From contig CAVUVW010000024.1 of assembly GCA_963745035.1 (NCBI GenBank), positions 8,450-72,449 on the forward strand: 64,000 nt of DNA, written 5' to 3'. A program made the position numbers and the translations under genes. Each line of letters begins with the position of its first letter. Position 1 is the stretch's first letter. This document shows, one piece after another, positions 21,653-30,398 of this stretch. Under the pieces are notes generated by a model, which saw nothing but the letters and a program-made list of their open reading frames with translations, was not told the origin of the DNA and searched no databases. This stretch comes from an uncultured delta proteobacterium. Lineage in GTDB: Bacteria; Desulfobacterota; Binatia; UBA9968.

Positions 21653-21799
21653 CGTTTCTTCTCCGCAAAATTGTCCCACTCCCTTTCGATATATTCAAAA
21701 TACTCGAAGATTATCCTTTTGACATCTCTCTTGTCTTTCCGTCTCGTTAGCATAGAAGAAAAAGCGCCAGCCACGAATCGACAGGAGAATTGTCGGCAA
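21649..21799 (-). pseudogene. Internally deleted DUF4160 (putative toxin) gene
   Basis: (M)PTILL.RGWRFFFYANE joined to KRDVKRIIFEYFEYIEREWDNF; ATGA overlap with DUF2442. Confidence 0.6.
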
Positions 21800-21819
21800 A
21801 GAATGTGCCCACCTTGATG

Positions 21820-22878
21820 CTACTTTATCACCCTGTCCGCCCGCGCCAGCACTTTCTGCGGAATCGTCAGGCCGATCTGCTTCGCGGTCTTTAGATTGAT
21901 CTCGAACTCGAACTTCGTCGGCTGCTCCACCGGCAGATCGGCAGGCTTGGCTCCCTTCAGGATTCTGTCCACGTAATATGCGACGCGCCGGTCGCTGTCC
22001 GCGAAGTCCGCTCCATAATACATGAGCCCACCAGCATCTACAGATTCTCTCCTGCCGAACACCGACGGTAACCGGCTCTTTAACGCAAAGTCCGCGATCC
22101 GTTTTTGGTTAGTATTTATTAGCGGGCCCCCTACGGGCACGTAGAGTCCATCCGGGCGCTGCTTGTTTAGTGCAGCGAATACCTTCTCAAAATCGTCCGC
22201 AGCTCGCACCTCCCAAGGCTGAAGAGTCAACCCCAGCGCACGCGCCGCCACCGGGAGAACCTCTTTCACCTCGAGTACACTGGACCGATTGGCCGGATCG
22301 TAGAGAACCGCGACACGGGCAACTTTGGGAACGGCTTCTTTGAGCAACTCTAACCGCTTCCCGCCTAGTTCTCTGGAAAGAAGAGTAAGGCCGGTGACGT
22401 TGCCACCGGGACGGGCAAGACTTTGAACCAGGCCTTCCTCGACAGGATCGGACCCTTGGCCCACCATAACGATGGGAATCGTCTTGGTCGCATTCTTGGC
22501 CGCCCGGGCCGTCGCGATCCCTCCTGCCACCACGATGATATCAACCTTGAGACGCACCAGTTCGGCCGCAAGCTCAGGGTAGCGATCGCGCTTCCCTTCC
22601 GCATATCGGTACTCGATGGTGATGTTTTGTCCTTCTATGTAGCCAAGCTCGCGCAGAGCCAGCCGAATTGCCTCGGCACGGGTAGACTCACCAACTGGGT
22701 CTTGCGACGATAGATACCCTATCAGCGGGACCTTCTTCGGCTGCTGCGCCTCGACCACCGCCCCACACATCGCGAATGTTATGATGAGAGCAATCCCCAC
22801 CAATTTTCGATTTTGGATTTTCGATTTTAGATTGTCGGAGTAAGAATTCAAAAATCGTTTCAGCAATGTGTTTTGCAT
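21820..22878 (-). CDS. ABC transporter substrate-binding protein (ABC_sub_bind / TrpX-like)
   Basis: LRELGYIEGQNITIEYRYAEG, SLARPGGNVTG, GAKPADLPVEQPTKFE; leader contains heptamer-repeat-encoded NLKSKIQNRK. Confidence 0.92.
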   Translation of the reverse strand: MQNTLLKRFLNSYSDNLKSKIQNRKLVGIALIITFAMCGAVVEAQQPKKVPLIGYLSSQDPVGESTRAEAIRLALRELGYIEGQNITIEYRYAEGKRDRYPELAAELVRLKVDIIVVAGGIATARAAKNATKTIPIVMVGQGSDPVEEGLVQSLARPGGNVTGLTLLSRELGGKRLELLKEAVPKVARVAVLYDPANRSSVLEVKEVLPVAARALGLTLQPWEVRAADDFEKVFAALNKQRPDGLYVPVGGPLINTNQKRIADFALKSRLPSVFGRRESVDAGGLMYYGADFADSDRRVAYYVDRILKGAKPADLPVEQPTKFEFEINLKTAKQIGLTIPQKVLARADRVIK

Positions 22879-22950
22879 CAGATGTTTGCCCCGAATCGAA
22901 AACCTGTCCTAGGCAAAGTCAAACGATCGACAATCCAAAACATGTTTTGC

Positions 22951-23745
22951 CTACTTTCCCTTCCACACCGGCGCGCGCTTTTCGGCGAACGCGCGGGGGC
23001 CTTCCTTCGCATCTTCCGTGCTGCCGATCAATGACGAGAGGTCGGCTTCCAGCCGCAGTCCTTCTTCGAGCGGCAGTTCCACGCCTTTTTTTATCGCTTC
23101 CTTGATAAACATCACCGACGTCGGCGCGCCTTTGAGTATGCGGTTGGCTAGATCCTCGGCGGCTTTGATCACATCCGCTGACGGCACCGCATTGTTCACC
23201 AGACCCAGCGACTTTGCTTCGAGGCCGCTCACCGTGTCGCCGGTAAGGCACATTTCCATCGCCTTGGTGACGCCGACGGCGCGCGTCAAACGCTGCGTGC
23301 CGCCCGCGCCCGGGATGATCCCGCGCCGGACTTCCGTCAGTCCGAGTTTAGCATCTTCCGCCGCGACGCGAAGATCGCAGGCGAGGGCGAATTCTAATCC
23401 GCCGCCTACGCAATAGCCGCGGATCGCGGCGATGGTCGGTTTGGTGATCGCCGCCACCGCACGCGCCTGGGTGTAAATTTTGTTCGTCAGTTTCTGCTGG
23501 CGCCGTTCGATGGGCGAAAAAACGGTCTCAGCGCGCTCTTTTAAATCCATGCCTGCGGAAAATGCTTTTTCCCCCGCGCCGGTAAAGATCGCGATCCGCA
23601 CATCACCGTCCTCTTCGATCTGTCCGCAGGCTTCGATGAGCTCTCGCGTCATCTGGCGGTTCATCGCGTTCATCGCCTCCGGCCGGTTGAAGGTGACATG
23701 TGCGATTCGGTCGCGTACATCGAACAGAATTGTCTGGTAATCCAT
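22951..23745 (-). CDS. Enoyl-CoA hydratase/isomerase
   Basis: AFSAGMDL, GGGLEFALACD, LTEVRRGIIPGAGGTQRL. Confidence 0.92.
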   Translation of the reverse strand: MDYQTILFDVRDRIAHVTFNRPEAMNAMNRQMTRELIEACGQIEEDGDVRIAIFTGAGEKAFSAGMDLKERAETVFSPIERRQQKLTNKIYTQARAVAAITKPTIAAIRGYCVGGGLEFALACDLRVAAEDAKLGLTEVRRGIIPGAGGTQRLTRAVGVTKAMEMCLTGDTVSGLEAKSLGLVNNAVPSADVIKAAEDLANRILKGAPTSVMFIKEAIKKGVELPLEEGLRLEADLSSLIGSTEDAKEGPRAFAEKRAPVWKGK

Positions 23746-23772
23746 TGCTCCTACCTTTCTTGGTCACGTAAA

Positions 23773-23924
23773 GTTCCAAACGTTCAAGACGTTCAACCGC
23801 TGCGCTCAGTTCAACCCTCTCCTTGATCCTCCCCCGCGTGCGCGGGGAAGAAAACTCTACTCTGGGCCGGCTGACGCTGGGGCTAAACGATTTGAACGGC
23901 TTGAACGTTTTGAACAACTTTAAC
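23773..23924. repeat. Free intergenic GTTCAA...TTGAAC inverted tandem repeat with a nested CCCCCGC..GCGGGG palindrome
   Basis: GTTCCAAACGTTCAAGACGTTCAACCGCTGCGCTCAGTTCAA ... TTGAACGGCTTGAACGTTTTGAACAACTTTAAC (9-bp period). Confidence 0.8.
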
Positions 23925-23934
23925 GAGTTAACTA

Positions 23935-24924
23935 TTATCGTCCTTTCGTCTTCCTTTCCTGCGCCAACTGATCGAGAAAGGACAAATCCAACAACTCATT
24001 CACGTTGAGCTTCATGCCAGCCAGGTTCTTGTCGTTCGCGATCACGTTTTCCATCGCTTTCGCCGTGACGATGGGCAGGCCCGGCGTCACCTGACTATAG
24101 ACTCTGCGGGTTTCTTCCAATTCCTCGGTGTTGTTCGAGCGGTAGTATTCACCGAGATACTTGATGACCCGGTCCTTGTTTTTCTCGTCGCGATAAAAAT
24201 CCATGCCGTCGGCTAACCCGCGCATGAAGTTCATGACTGTCTCGCGGTCCGTGCGAATGAAGGATCGAAGCGTTACGGGCCCGGCAACCGTGTACTCGAA
24301 ATCCTCCTTGGAAAAATCAAAGAACGTTGGATATCCGGCTTTGCGCGCCTTCAGCGTGAACGGCGATTGGAACACCGACGCCTGAATTTGTCCCGCGGTG
24401 AGCGCTGTCCATCGATCTCCCTGGCCACCTGTGCCAACGATCTGCACGTCCTTCTCGGGATTCAGCCCGATCCGTCGCACGGCTACCCGCGCAATGAAGT
24501 CCGTGCTCGACCCCAGTTGGCTCACGCCGATTCTTTTTCCCTTGAGGTCTTCGGGTCGTTTGATCGATGGATGCGCCGCCAGCACATAATCCAATCGATT
24601 CCCGACTGCGCCGATAAACTGGAATTCCTTCGCCCCCTGCGCCCACGCAGCTACGACGGTGGACGCGCCTTGCAGTTGTAGCATCAGCTCACCGGAGAGC
24701 GCCGCCTGGATGCCCATCAACCCGCCCCTGATGTAGATCGGCTCCAGCTTTAATCCATGCTTTTCGAAGGAGCCCGAGCGGTATGCAACCCAGAAATAAC
24801 TCGACGAACCACCCAACGGATAACCAACTTTGATTTCGCGAAGTGGTTTGGTTTGGGCAAACGCATTTGAGAAAACGAGAAATAAGGCAGTGACGATGCA
24901 AAAGCGTGCGGTTTGAAGCTTCAT
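23935..24924 (-). CDS. ABC transporter substrate-binding protein, NMT1/SsuA family
   Basis: Signal peptide, FEKHGLKLE, DLKGKRIGVSQLGSSTD. Confidence 0.9.
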   Translation of the reverse strand: MKLQTARFCIVTALFLVFSNAFAQTKPLREIKVGYPLGGSSSYFWVAYRSGSFEKHGLKLEPIYIRGGLMGIQAALSGELMLQLQGASTVVAAWAQGAKEFQFIGAVGNRLDYVLAAHPSIKRPEDLKGKRIGVSQLGSSTDFIARVAVRRIGLNPEKDVQIVGTGGQGDRWTALTAGQIQASVFQSPFTLKARKAGYPTFFDFSKEDFEYTVAGPVTLRSFIRTDRETVMNFMRGLADGMDFYRDEKNKDRVIKYLGEYYRSNNTEELEETRRVYSQVTPGLPIVTAKAMENVIANDKNLAGMKLNVNELLDLSFLDQLAQERKTKGR

Positions 24925-25003
24925 CAACGCACCTCCCGGCGCTGTCAGTAGCCGCGTGCCAACTCGAAGGTGAAATTTTGACATTCCTATTCAGCTGATC
25001 TAT

Positions 25004-25306
25004 TTATTTATCCGCTCGTCCTGAGCTTGTCGAAGGACGCGCAAGCCGGGATACCTCTTCCCAATCACCCCTCATTAGAGCTTCCTTCTTCTTCCGGCTC
25101 CAACCTTTGAGCTGTCGTTCGCGCACGAATGCGTCAGATCGCGAAACAAATTCTTCCATAAATACCAACTCAATGGGTAGCCTTGTCCGCGTATATCCGC
25201 CAAACTCCCCAGCTCGGTGCTTCGCCAGTCTCAGCTCGATGTCATCGGTCTGCCCAACGTAATAAGATTGATCTGAGCAACGGAGAATGTAGACCCAAAA
25301 CGCCAT
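25004..25306 (-). CDS. Small GIY-YIG nuclease (SLX1/UPF0213-like)
   Basis: MAFWVYILRCSDQSYYVGQTDDIELRLAKH..YTRTRLP..AFVRERQLKGWSRKKKEAL. Confidence 0.92.
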   Translation of the reverse strand: MAFWVYILRCSDQSYYVGQTDDIELRLAKHRAGEFGGYTRTRLPIELVFMEEFVSRSDAFVRERQLKGWSRKKKEALMRGDWEEVSRLARPSTSSGRADK

Positions 25307-25369
25307 TAGCAAGGCTTCAATCGCGACAAACCTAGGCAGCATCCTTCGACAACTCAGGATGCGCGGAAT
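25010..25369. mobile_element. GIY-YIG cassette flanked by ~30-bp inverted REP-like repeats
   Basis: Left ATCCGCTCGTCCTGAGCTTGTCGAAGGACG; reverse complement of right TTCCGCGCATCCTGAGTTGTCGAAGGATG. Confidence 0.6.
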
Positions 25370-25394
25370 ATGAAAGTCATCATTGAATTGGGCA

Positions 25395-25815
25395 TCATCC
25401 CGCCAGTTCGAAACACGGCAATTTGATCGCCGGATCATGCGTCTGCTCGAACACCGCTTTCACCCGGTCGCCGGTCTTCACCTTCTCTTTATTGGCGCCA
25501 ACCAACTTGCTTTCGACGATCACGCCCTCGTCCAAAATCACGTTGATGTAGTAGATCGGCGTCTCGTCTTTGAACGCTGGGTTGCGCGGCACGCGCACTA
25601 AAGTGAAGGTGTGGATCTTACCCGTACCTTTCGACTCGATCCAATCGAGCTCGCCGAAACAATCCACGCAGGCGACGCGCGGAAAAAATTGCACCTTGCC
25701 GCACTCTTTGCATTTTTGCAGCAAGAATTTGCCGTTGGCCGCGCCCTGCCAAAACGCTTGATCGACTTTATTGACTTTCGGGAAGACTCTTCTGCGGCAT
25801 TCTCGCTTCCGCCAT
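25395..25815 (-). CDS. Zn-ribbon/OB-fold (DUF35, ChsH2-C-like) thiolase partner; frameshift near N-terminus
   Basis: AFWQGAANGKFLLQKCKECG..FPRVACVDC..GTGKIHTFT. Confidence 0.88.
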
Positions 25816-26966
25816 TACTTTCTCCTTTCCATCACCAGCGCCGCGGTGGTGCCGAGATTGCGGCCATAGTTGAGCCAGCCGATGCCGGTGACCAGCGCCC
25901 GCTCCGCTTTCTTGACCTGATGCCCGTCCGCTTCGCCGCGCAGCTGGCGCAGCGCTTCGACGATGTGAAGATAGCCGCCCGCGAGACCGGCCTGTCCGAC
26001 GGATAGCTCCCCGCCGCCGGTGTTGACCGGGAAATCGCCTGCGTAAGTCAGATCGTGCGCATCGACGAACTTGCCGCCTTCGCCCTTTTTGCAGAATCCC
26101 AAGTCTTCGATCTGAATCATGACCGCGATTGGATAGTCGTCGTAGATTTCCACGAAGTCGATGTCTTCGTGCTTCAGCTCCTTGAAGATGCGCTCGCCGA
26201 CCACTTTCTGCCCGAACGTGGTTTTGTCCGGCAGCATGTTGGCGACCTGGTAGTGCGAAATCTCGGCGTCCGTCACCAGGTAAACGAGCTTATCGGTAAT
26301 CTGTTTCGCCCTCTCTTCCGAAGCCAGGATGATGCACTCCGCGCCGGAGCAGGGCATGACGCAATCGAACAGGCGAATCGGATCGGAAATCATCCGCGAA
26401 TTGAGATAGTCTTGCATGCTCATCGGCGCGCGAAACAATGCCTGCGGATTATTGAGCGCATTCTGGCGCTGCGCGACGGCGATCTTGCCGATCTGCTCCA
26501 GGGTGGTGCCGTATTGCTCCATGTGCAGGCGTTGAATCAGTGCCATCAGCGAATTCGGCCCGCCGTAGCCGAACACATCCACGAAGTTGCCGCGCTGGTA
26601 TTCCAATATTCGTTGGGTCGGCATGCTCCGATCGAAGGAATTGCCGCCGACCAGGAGCGCGACATCGATGTGGCCGCATTCGATGGCGTCCGCGGCTCGC
26701 CTCACGCTCATCACGCCGCCGGCGCCGCCGTAATCTCCGTTCAGCACCCAGTCTACTTCCAAGCCCAACTGCTCGGCGACGTGGGGCGAATAATCCGGGC
26801 TCGCCTGGGTTGTAATCGAAAATCCCCGGAGATCTTTTTTCTTGAGACCGGTTTGTCTCAACGCGTCGCGGATCGCTTCGGCATAGTACCAAAGCACCGA
26901 TTCTTCCGACTGTCGCGAATATTCCGTCGAGCCGTAACCGACAAAACACACCTTCTTTCGTCGCAC
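25815..26966 (-). CDS. SCP2/Ltp-type thiolase-family protein
   Basis: DYLNSRMISDPIRLFDC, EIYDDY, EDLGFCKKGEGG, PVNTGGG; canonical Cys and His absent. Confidence 0.88.
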   Translation of the reverse strand: MRRKKVCFVGYGSTEYSRQSEESVLWYYAEAIRDALRQTGLKKKDLRGFSITTQASPDYSPHVAEQLGLEVDWVLNGDYGGAGGVMSVRRAADAIECGHIDVALLVGGNSFDRSMPTQRILEYQRGNFVDVFGYGGPNSLMALIQRLHMEQYGTTLEQIGKIAVAQRQNALNNPQALFRAPMSMQDYLNSRMISDPIRLFDCVMPCSGAECIILASEERAKQITDKLVYLVTDAEISHYQVANMLPDKTTFGQKVVGERIFKELKHEDIDFVEIYDDYPIAVMIQIEDLGFCKKGEGGKFVDAHDLTYAGDFPVNTGGGELSVGQAGLAGGYLHIVEALRQLRGEADGHQVKKAERALVTGIGWLNYGRNLGTTAALVMERRK

Positions 26967-27053
26967 AGTTTCTCTCCTTTCACTCGATAGATAGTTTGGT
27001 GTTCGGGGTCTCGAGTCCCGCGTCTAGAGCGAACCCAAGAGCAAACCCGAGCG

Positions 27054-28178
27054 TTATGCGGAGGTGAGGAAGCGCTCTCCCCGCGCCCGATCCAGTTCCT
27101 CTTCCCGGCCGAACAACAGACGCAACAGCCGCGTCTCCCGATAGAATGCCTCGAAGGGCAATTCCTTGGTCACGCCGTAGCCGCCGTGAATTTGGATCGC
27201 CGTGTCGGCGGCTTGGAAGGCCGTCTTTGCCGCGCGCTTTTTGGCCAGGCTCGCTTCCTCGAAATACGGCAAATCCTGGTCGGCGCGCCACGCGGTCTCG
27301 AGAACCAACCAGGTCGATGTGCGCAGCCCGATAGACAAGTCGGCGAGCATCCACTGAATCGCTTGCCTGTCAGCCAGCCGTCTGCCGAACGTCACTCGAT
27401 TGCGCGCGTGCTCTATAGACGCTGCGAGACAGCGCATGGCGATTCCCAAACAGCGCGCCGCGATGTTCAATTGCTCCGAGGCGATGACCGCGCCGGCTTC
27501 GTATTCGTATCCGACCAGCTGCTCGTTGGGAATCTTGCAGCCCCGCAAGGTGAGCCGCGCGACAGTGGCGTCGCTGGTCAAATCGACTTCATCGGCAACC
27601 GTTAGTCCCGGCAAGTCGCGCTCGATCGCGAACAAGCCCAAGCGCTGCGTGCCCTGCTCGCGCGCCGGAAAAAGGAACAGATCGGCCTTGGCATTGGAAA
27701 CCGAGATCGACGAATCGCGGAGAATGCAGCCGTCAGTCTCCTGGCGGTAGAGCGTTTGGAGCGCGCTCAACTCGCCGGTCTTGTGCGCTTCATCGAAAGC
27801 CAGTGCGAGAGATAGCGTGCCATCCGCAAGGCGCTGCCCGTAGGCGCTTTCGAACATGAACTCGGGGATGGAAACTGGCTTGAAAGGCAAAACCGACCGG
27901 CCGAATTCCCGGTGAATCAGCACGCGCGCCACCGCGCCGAGCGCCGAGCCGCCCAACTGTTCCGGCAATTCCAAGGTCCATAACCCGACCCGCCGAGCGC
28001 GCTCGACCAATTCGTCGCGGACTGCGGGATCGAGATCGCGCCGGGCCGGATCTCCCGGCGGAAGAAACGGTTGCGCCTGGCGCAAGTATTCCCCTTCGCG
28101 TGCGACCAGCTCGCGATCGACAAACTGCGCCGCGGTGTCTTTGATGAGCCGCTCCTCTTCGGTGAGTTTTAGATCCAT
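27054..28178 (-). CDS. Acyl-CoA dehydrogenase-like subunit (non-catalytic partner)
   Basis: RVTFGRRLADRQAIQW and IQIHGGYG present; TEP motif and catalytic Glu absent. Confidence 0.8.
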   Translation of the reverse strand: MDLKLTEEERLIKDTAAQFVDRELVAREGEYLRQAQPFLPPGDPARRDLDPAVRDELVERARRVGLWTLELPEQLGGSALGAVARVLIHREFGRSVLPFKPVSIPEFMFESAYGQRLADGTLSLALAFDEAHKTGELSALQTLYRQETDGCILRDSSISVSNAKADLFLFPAREQGTQRLGLFAIERDLPGLTVADEVDLTSDATVARLTLRGCKIPNEQLVGYEYEAGAVIASEQLNIAARCLGIAMRCLAASIEHARNRVTFGRRLADRQAIQWMLADLSIGLRTSTWLVLETAWRADQDLPYFEEASLAKKRAAKTAFQAADTAIQIHGGYGVTKELPFEAFYRETRLLRLLFGREEELDRARGERFLTSA

Positions 28179-28288
28179 AGCGAGCCAAGCTCGATGCGAG
28201 AGGCTTGACCAACACTCCCGAGATTTTTCTTCACGCGAGCCTCATTCCGGAGATCCTACTCACGCCTCGAGCCTCAAGCCTCACGCCT

Positions 28289-29485
28289 TCACAGGATTTC
28301 CAAGGACGCCACGCCTTCGCGAAATAGCGCCCTCTGGATGATATGCCGCTGGATCTCCGACGGACCCTCGACAATGCGTGTGGCGCGCGCGTGACGGAAA
28401 GCCCGCGCGAGCGCGTGATGCTTACGCAGCGCCGACGGGCCGACGACTTCCAGAGCGAAGTCGATGATCTGATGCAATAGCTCGGTGCCGAGCAACTTGA
28501 CGTTGGCAGCCTCCGAGCGGACGTCATGCTTCTGATCGGCTTTCCAGGCGCCCAGATACGTGAGCAACCGGAGCGCCTCAAGCTCGCCCAAGAAATAACC
28601 GATGCGGCCGGCAAACTTGTCCGCGTCCTTGGCATCACCGCGCAGCAAATCGTGCACGACGCGCAGCACGCGTCGCGATTTACCGTGGGCTCGGATGCCG
28701 ACTTGAAAACGCCGGTTGCCGAGCCAGGATTGATTGAGCGCCCAGCCGTTGCCGATTTCACCGAGCACCTGCGATTTGTGCACGCGGCAATCTTCAAAAA
28801 CCAATTCGCAGGGCTCGGTGCCGGCGATCGTCGCGATGCTCCGGACCACCCGATAGCCCGGCGTTCCGGTATCGACGAGAAAGCAGGTGACACCTTCACG
28901 CCCGGTGGTTCCCGGCAGGCGCACAAAAAGCTGGACGAAATCAGCGACGTCGGCGAAGGTCGGAAACATCTTGGTGCCGTTAATGACGAAGTAGTCGCCG
29001 TCGGGCGCGGCGGTGGTTTGCATCATCGACGGATCCGCGCCGGAAGCCGGCTCGCTCAGGCCGAACGCGGAGGTTTTCTCGCCGCGTATGCACGGCCAGA
29101 GATATTTGTCGATCTGTTCGCCTTTACAGTTATAAAGGATATTCGATACGTGATTGCCGAGCTCGAAGGGGACGGAGCTTTTCTCCAGCTCTTCGGTGAG
29201 CGCGATCATGCCGACGTTGCTGATTTCGTTGCCGCCGTACTCTTTGGGCACGTCGAGGCGCCATAGTCCCTTGGCCTCGGCCTTCTTTTCCAGCCCGGTC
29301 ATGAGCGTGAAATAACGCTGGATCTCCGGGTCCGCGCTCGACTTCACCCGGCTTTTCCAGCGGCTTCCCTCGAAAATGTCCGGCGCGTGGGCGAACTCCG
29401 GTTCCAGCGGAACGAGCTCGTCGCGAACGAACTCCTCGACGGTCTTGCGCAGGCTCTCTTCTTCGGAAGAAAGACGGAACTCCAT
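28289..29485 (-). CDS. Acyl-CoA dehydrogenase (catalytic subunit)
   Basis: AFGLSEPASGAD, INGTKMF, RIVEGPSEIQR. Confidence 0.88.
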   Translation of the reverse strand: MEFRLSSEEESLRKTVEEFVRDELVPLEPEFAHAPDIFEGSRWKSRVKSSADPEIQRYFTLMTGLEKKAEAKGLWRLDVPKEYGGNEISNVGMIALTEELEKSSVPFELGNHVSNILYNCKGEQIDKYLWPCIRGEKTSAFGLSEPASGADPSMMQTTAAPDGDYFVINGTKMFPTFADVADFVQLFVRLPGTTGREGVTCFLVDTGTPGYRVVRSIATIAGTEPCELVFEDCRVHKSQVLGEIGNGWALNQSWLGNRRFQVGIRAHGKSRRVLRVVHDLLRGDAKDADKFAGRIGYFLGELEALRLLTYLGAWKADQKHDVRSEAANVKLLGTELLHQIIDFALEVVGPSALRKHHALARAFRHARATRIVEGPSEIQRHIIQRALFREGVASLEIL

Positions 29486-29778
29486 CCCGACCGATTCCCT
29501 ATCTGTTCATAATCGAGCGTTAAGCAGGCGATTTTCTCTTGCGATACCCTCCACTTATCACACCTTCCACGACCAGCGAAAGAGTTGAGCCGACATTGAC
29601 CTGACAATCATGTCTGTGCTAAGCGAATGGCGGACATTCACCGGGCCTTCACTCTACGCGCTGCGGCGCTTTGGTTGCGCAAAAGAAATAGACTGGGGTG
29701 GAAAACTTTGCTACATTGCGCCGCTCTAAGGAACTGTGAGGACAGCCGGCCTTGCCGGTTATTACAAAGGAGCTTTCC

Positions 29779-30270
29779 TTGAAGATCAGACCCGCGGCTT
29801 TATTTAGCTTTTGCGCTCTCGTGTTTTTCTGTGTGTTCGTATATCTGGCGCAGGAGTGGCGGCTGCAAGCGCGTCTTTATCCGTTTGCGATCGGTATACC
29901 GATGCTGATCCTCGCAATCGTCCAAGTCATCTTGGACTTAAAAGGCGTCACGGCGAAACAGTCGGCCGACGCCACGCCGATGGATTACCAGTTCACGAAA
30001 GACGTCGATCCGGTGACCGCCAGAAAAAGAGCCATCACGATGTTTGCCTGGCTCGTCGGGTTTTTCGTCGCCATATGGCTGCTAGGCTTTCCAATCGCCA
30101 TCGGATTGATGATGTTCACCTACCTGAAGTTTCAGGGCGGGGAATCCTGGCTGTTGTCGGGCACGCTGACAATCATCGCCTGTCTTTTCTTCTACGGCCT
30201 GTTCGTCAGGTTGCTCCACCTGCCGTTCCCGGACGGTCTGCTCACGACCTGGCTGGGGTTGCACGGCTAG
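29779..30270 (+). CDS. tctB: Tripartite tricarboxylate transporter small membrane subunit TctB
   Basis: Four-TM protein with ARLYP, LLGF, LFVRLLHLPFPDG; AAGGAG RBS before TTG. Confidence 0.85.
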   Translation: MKIRPAALFSFCALVFFCVFVYLAQEWRLQARLYPFAIGIPMLILAIVQVILDLKGVTAKQSADATPMDYQFTKDVDPVTARKRAITMFAWLVGFFVAIWLLGFPIAIGLMMFTYLKFQGGESWLLSGTLTIIACLFFYGLFVRLLHLPFPDGLLTTWLGLHG

Positions 30271-30398
30271 TTCGCTATCTCGAGCGTGCCGAGAGCTTTG
30301 GCCGCGGCGCGGCATTCATTTCATGATCCTGCATTGTCAAGCGAGCGGCTAACGTTGCGCGGCTATTGCATGGTAGCTCTCGCAAGAAGGAGGAGCCC

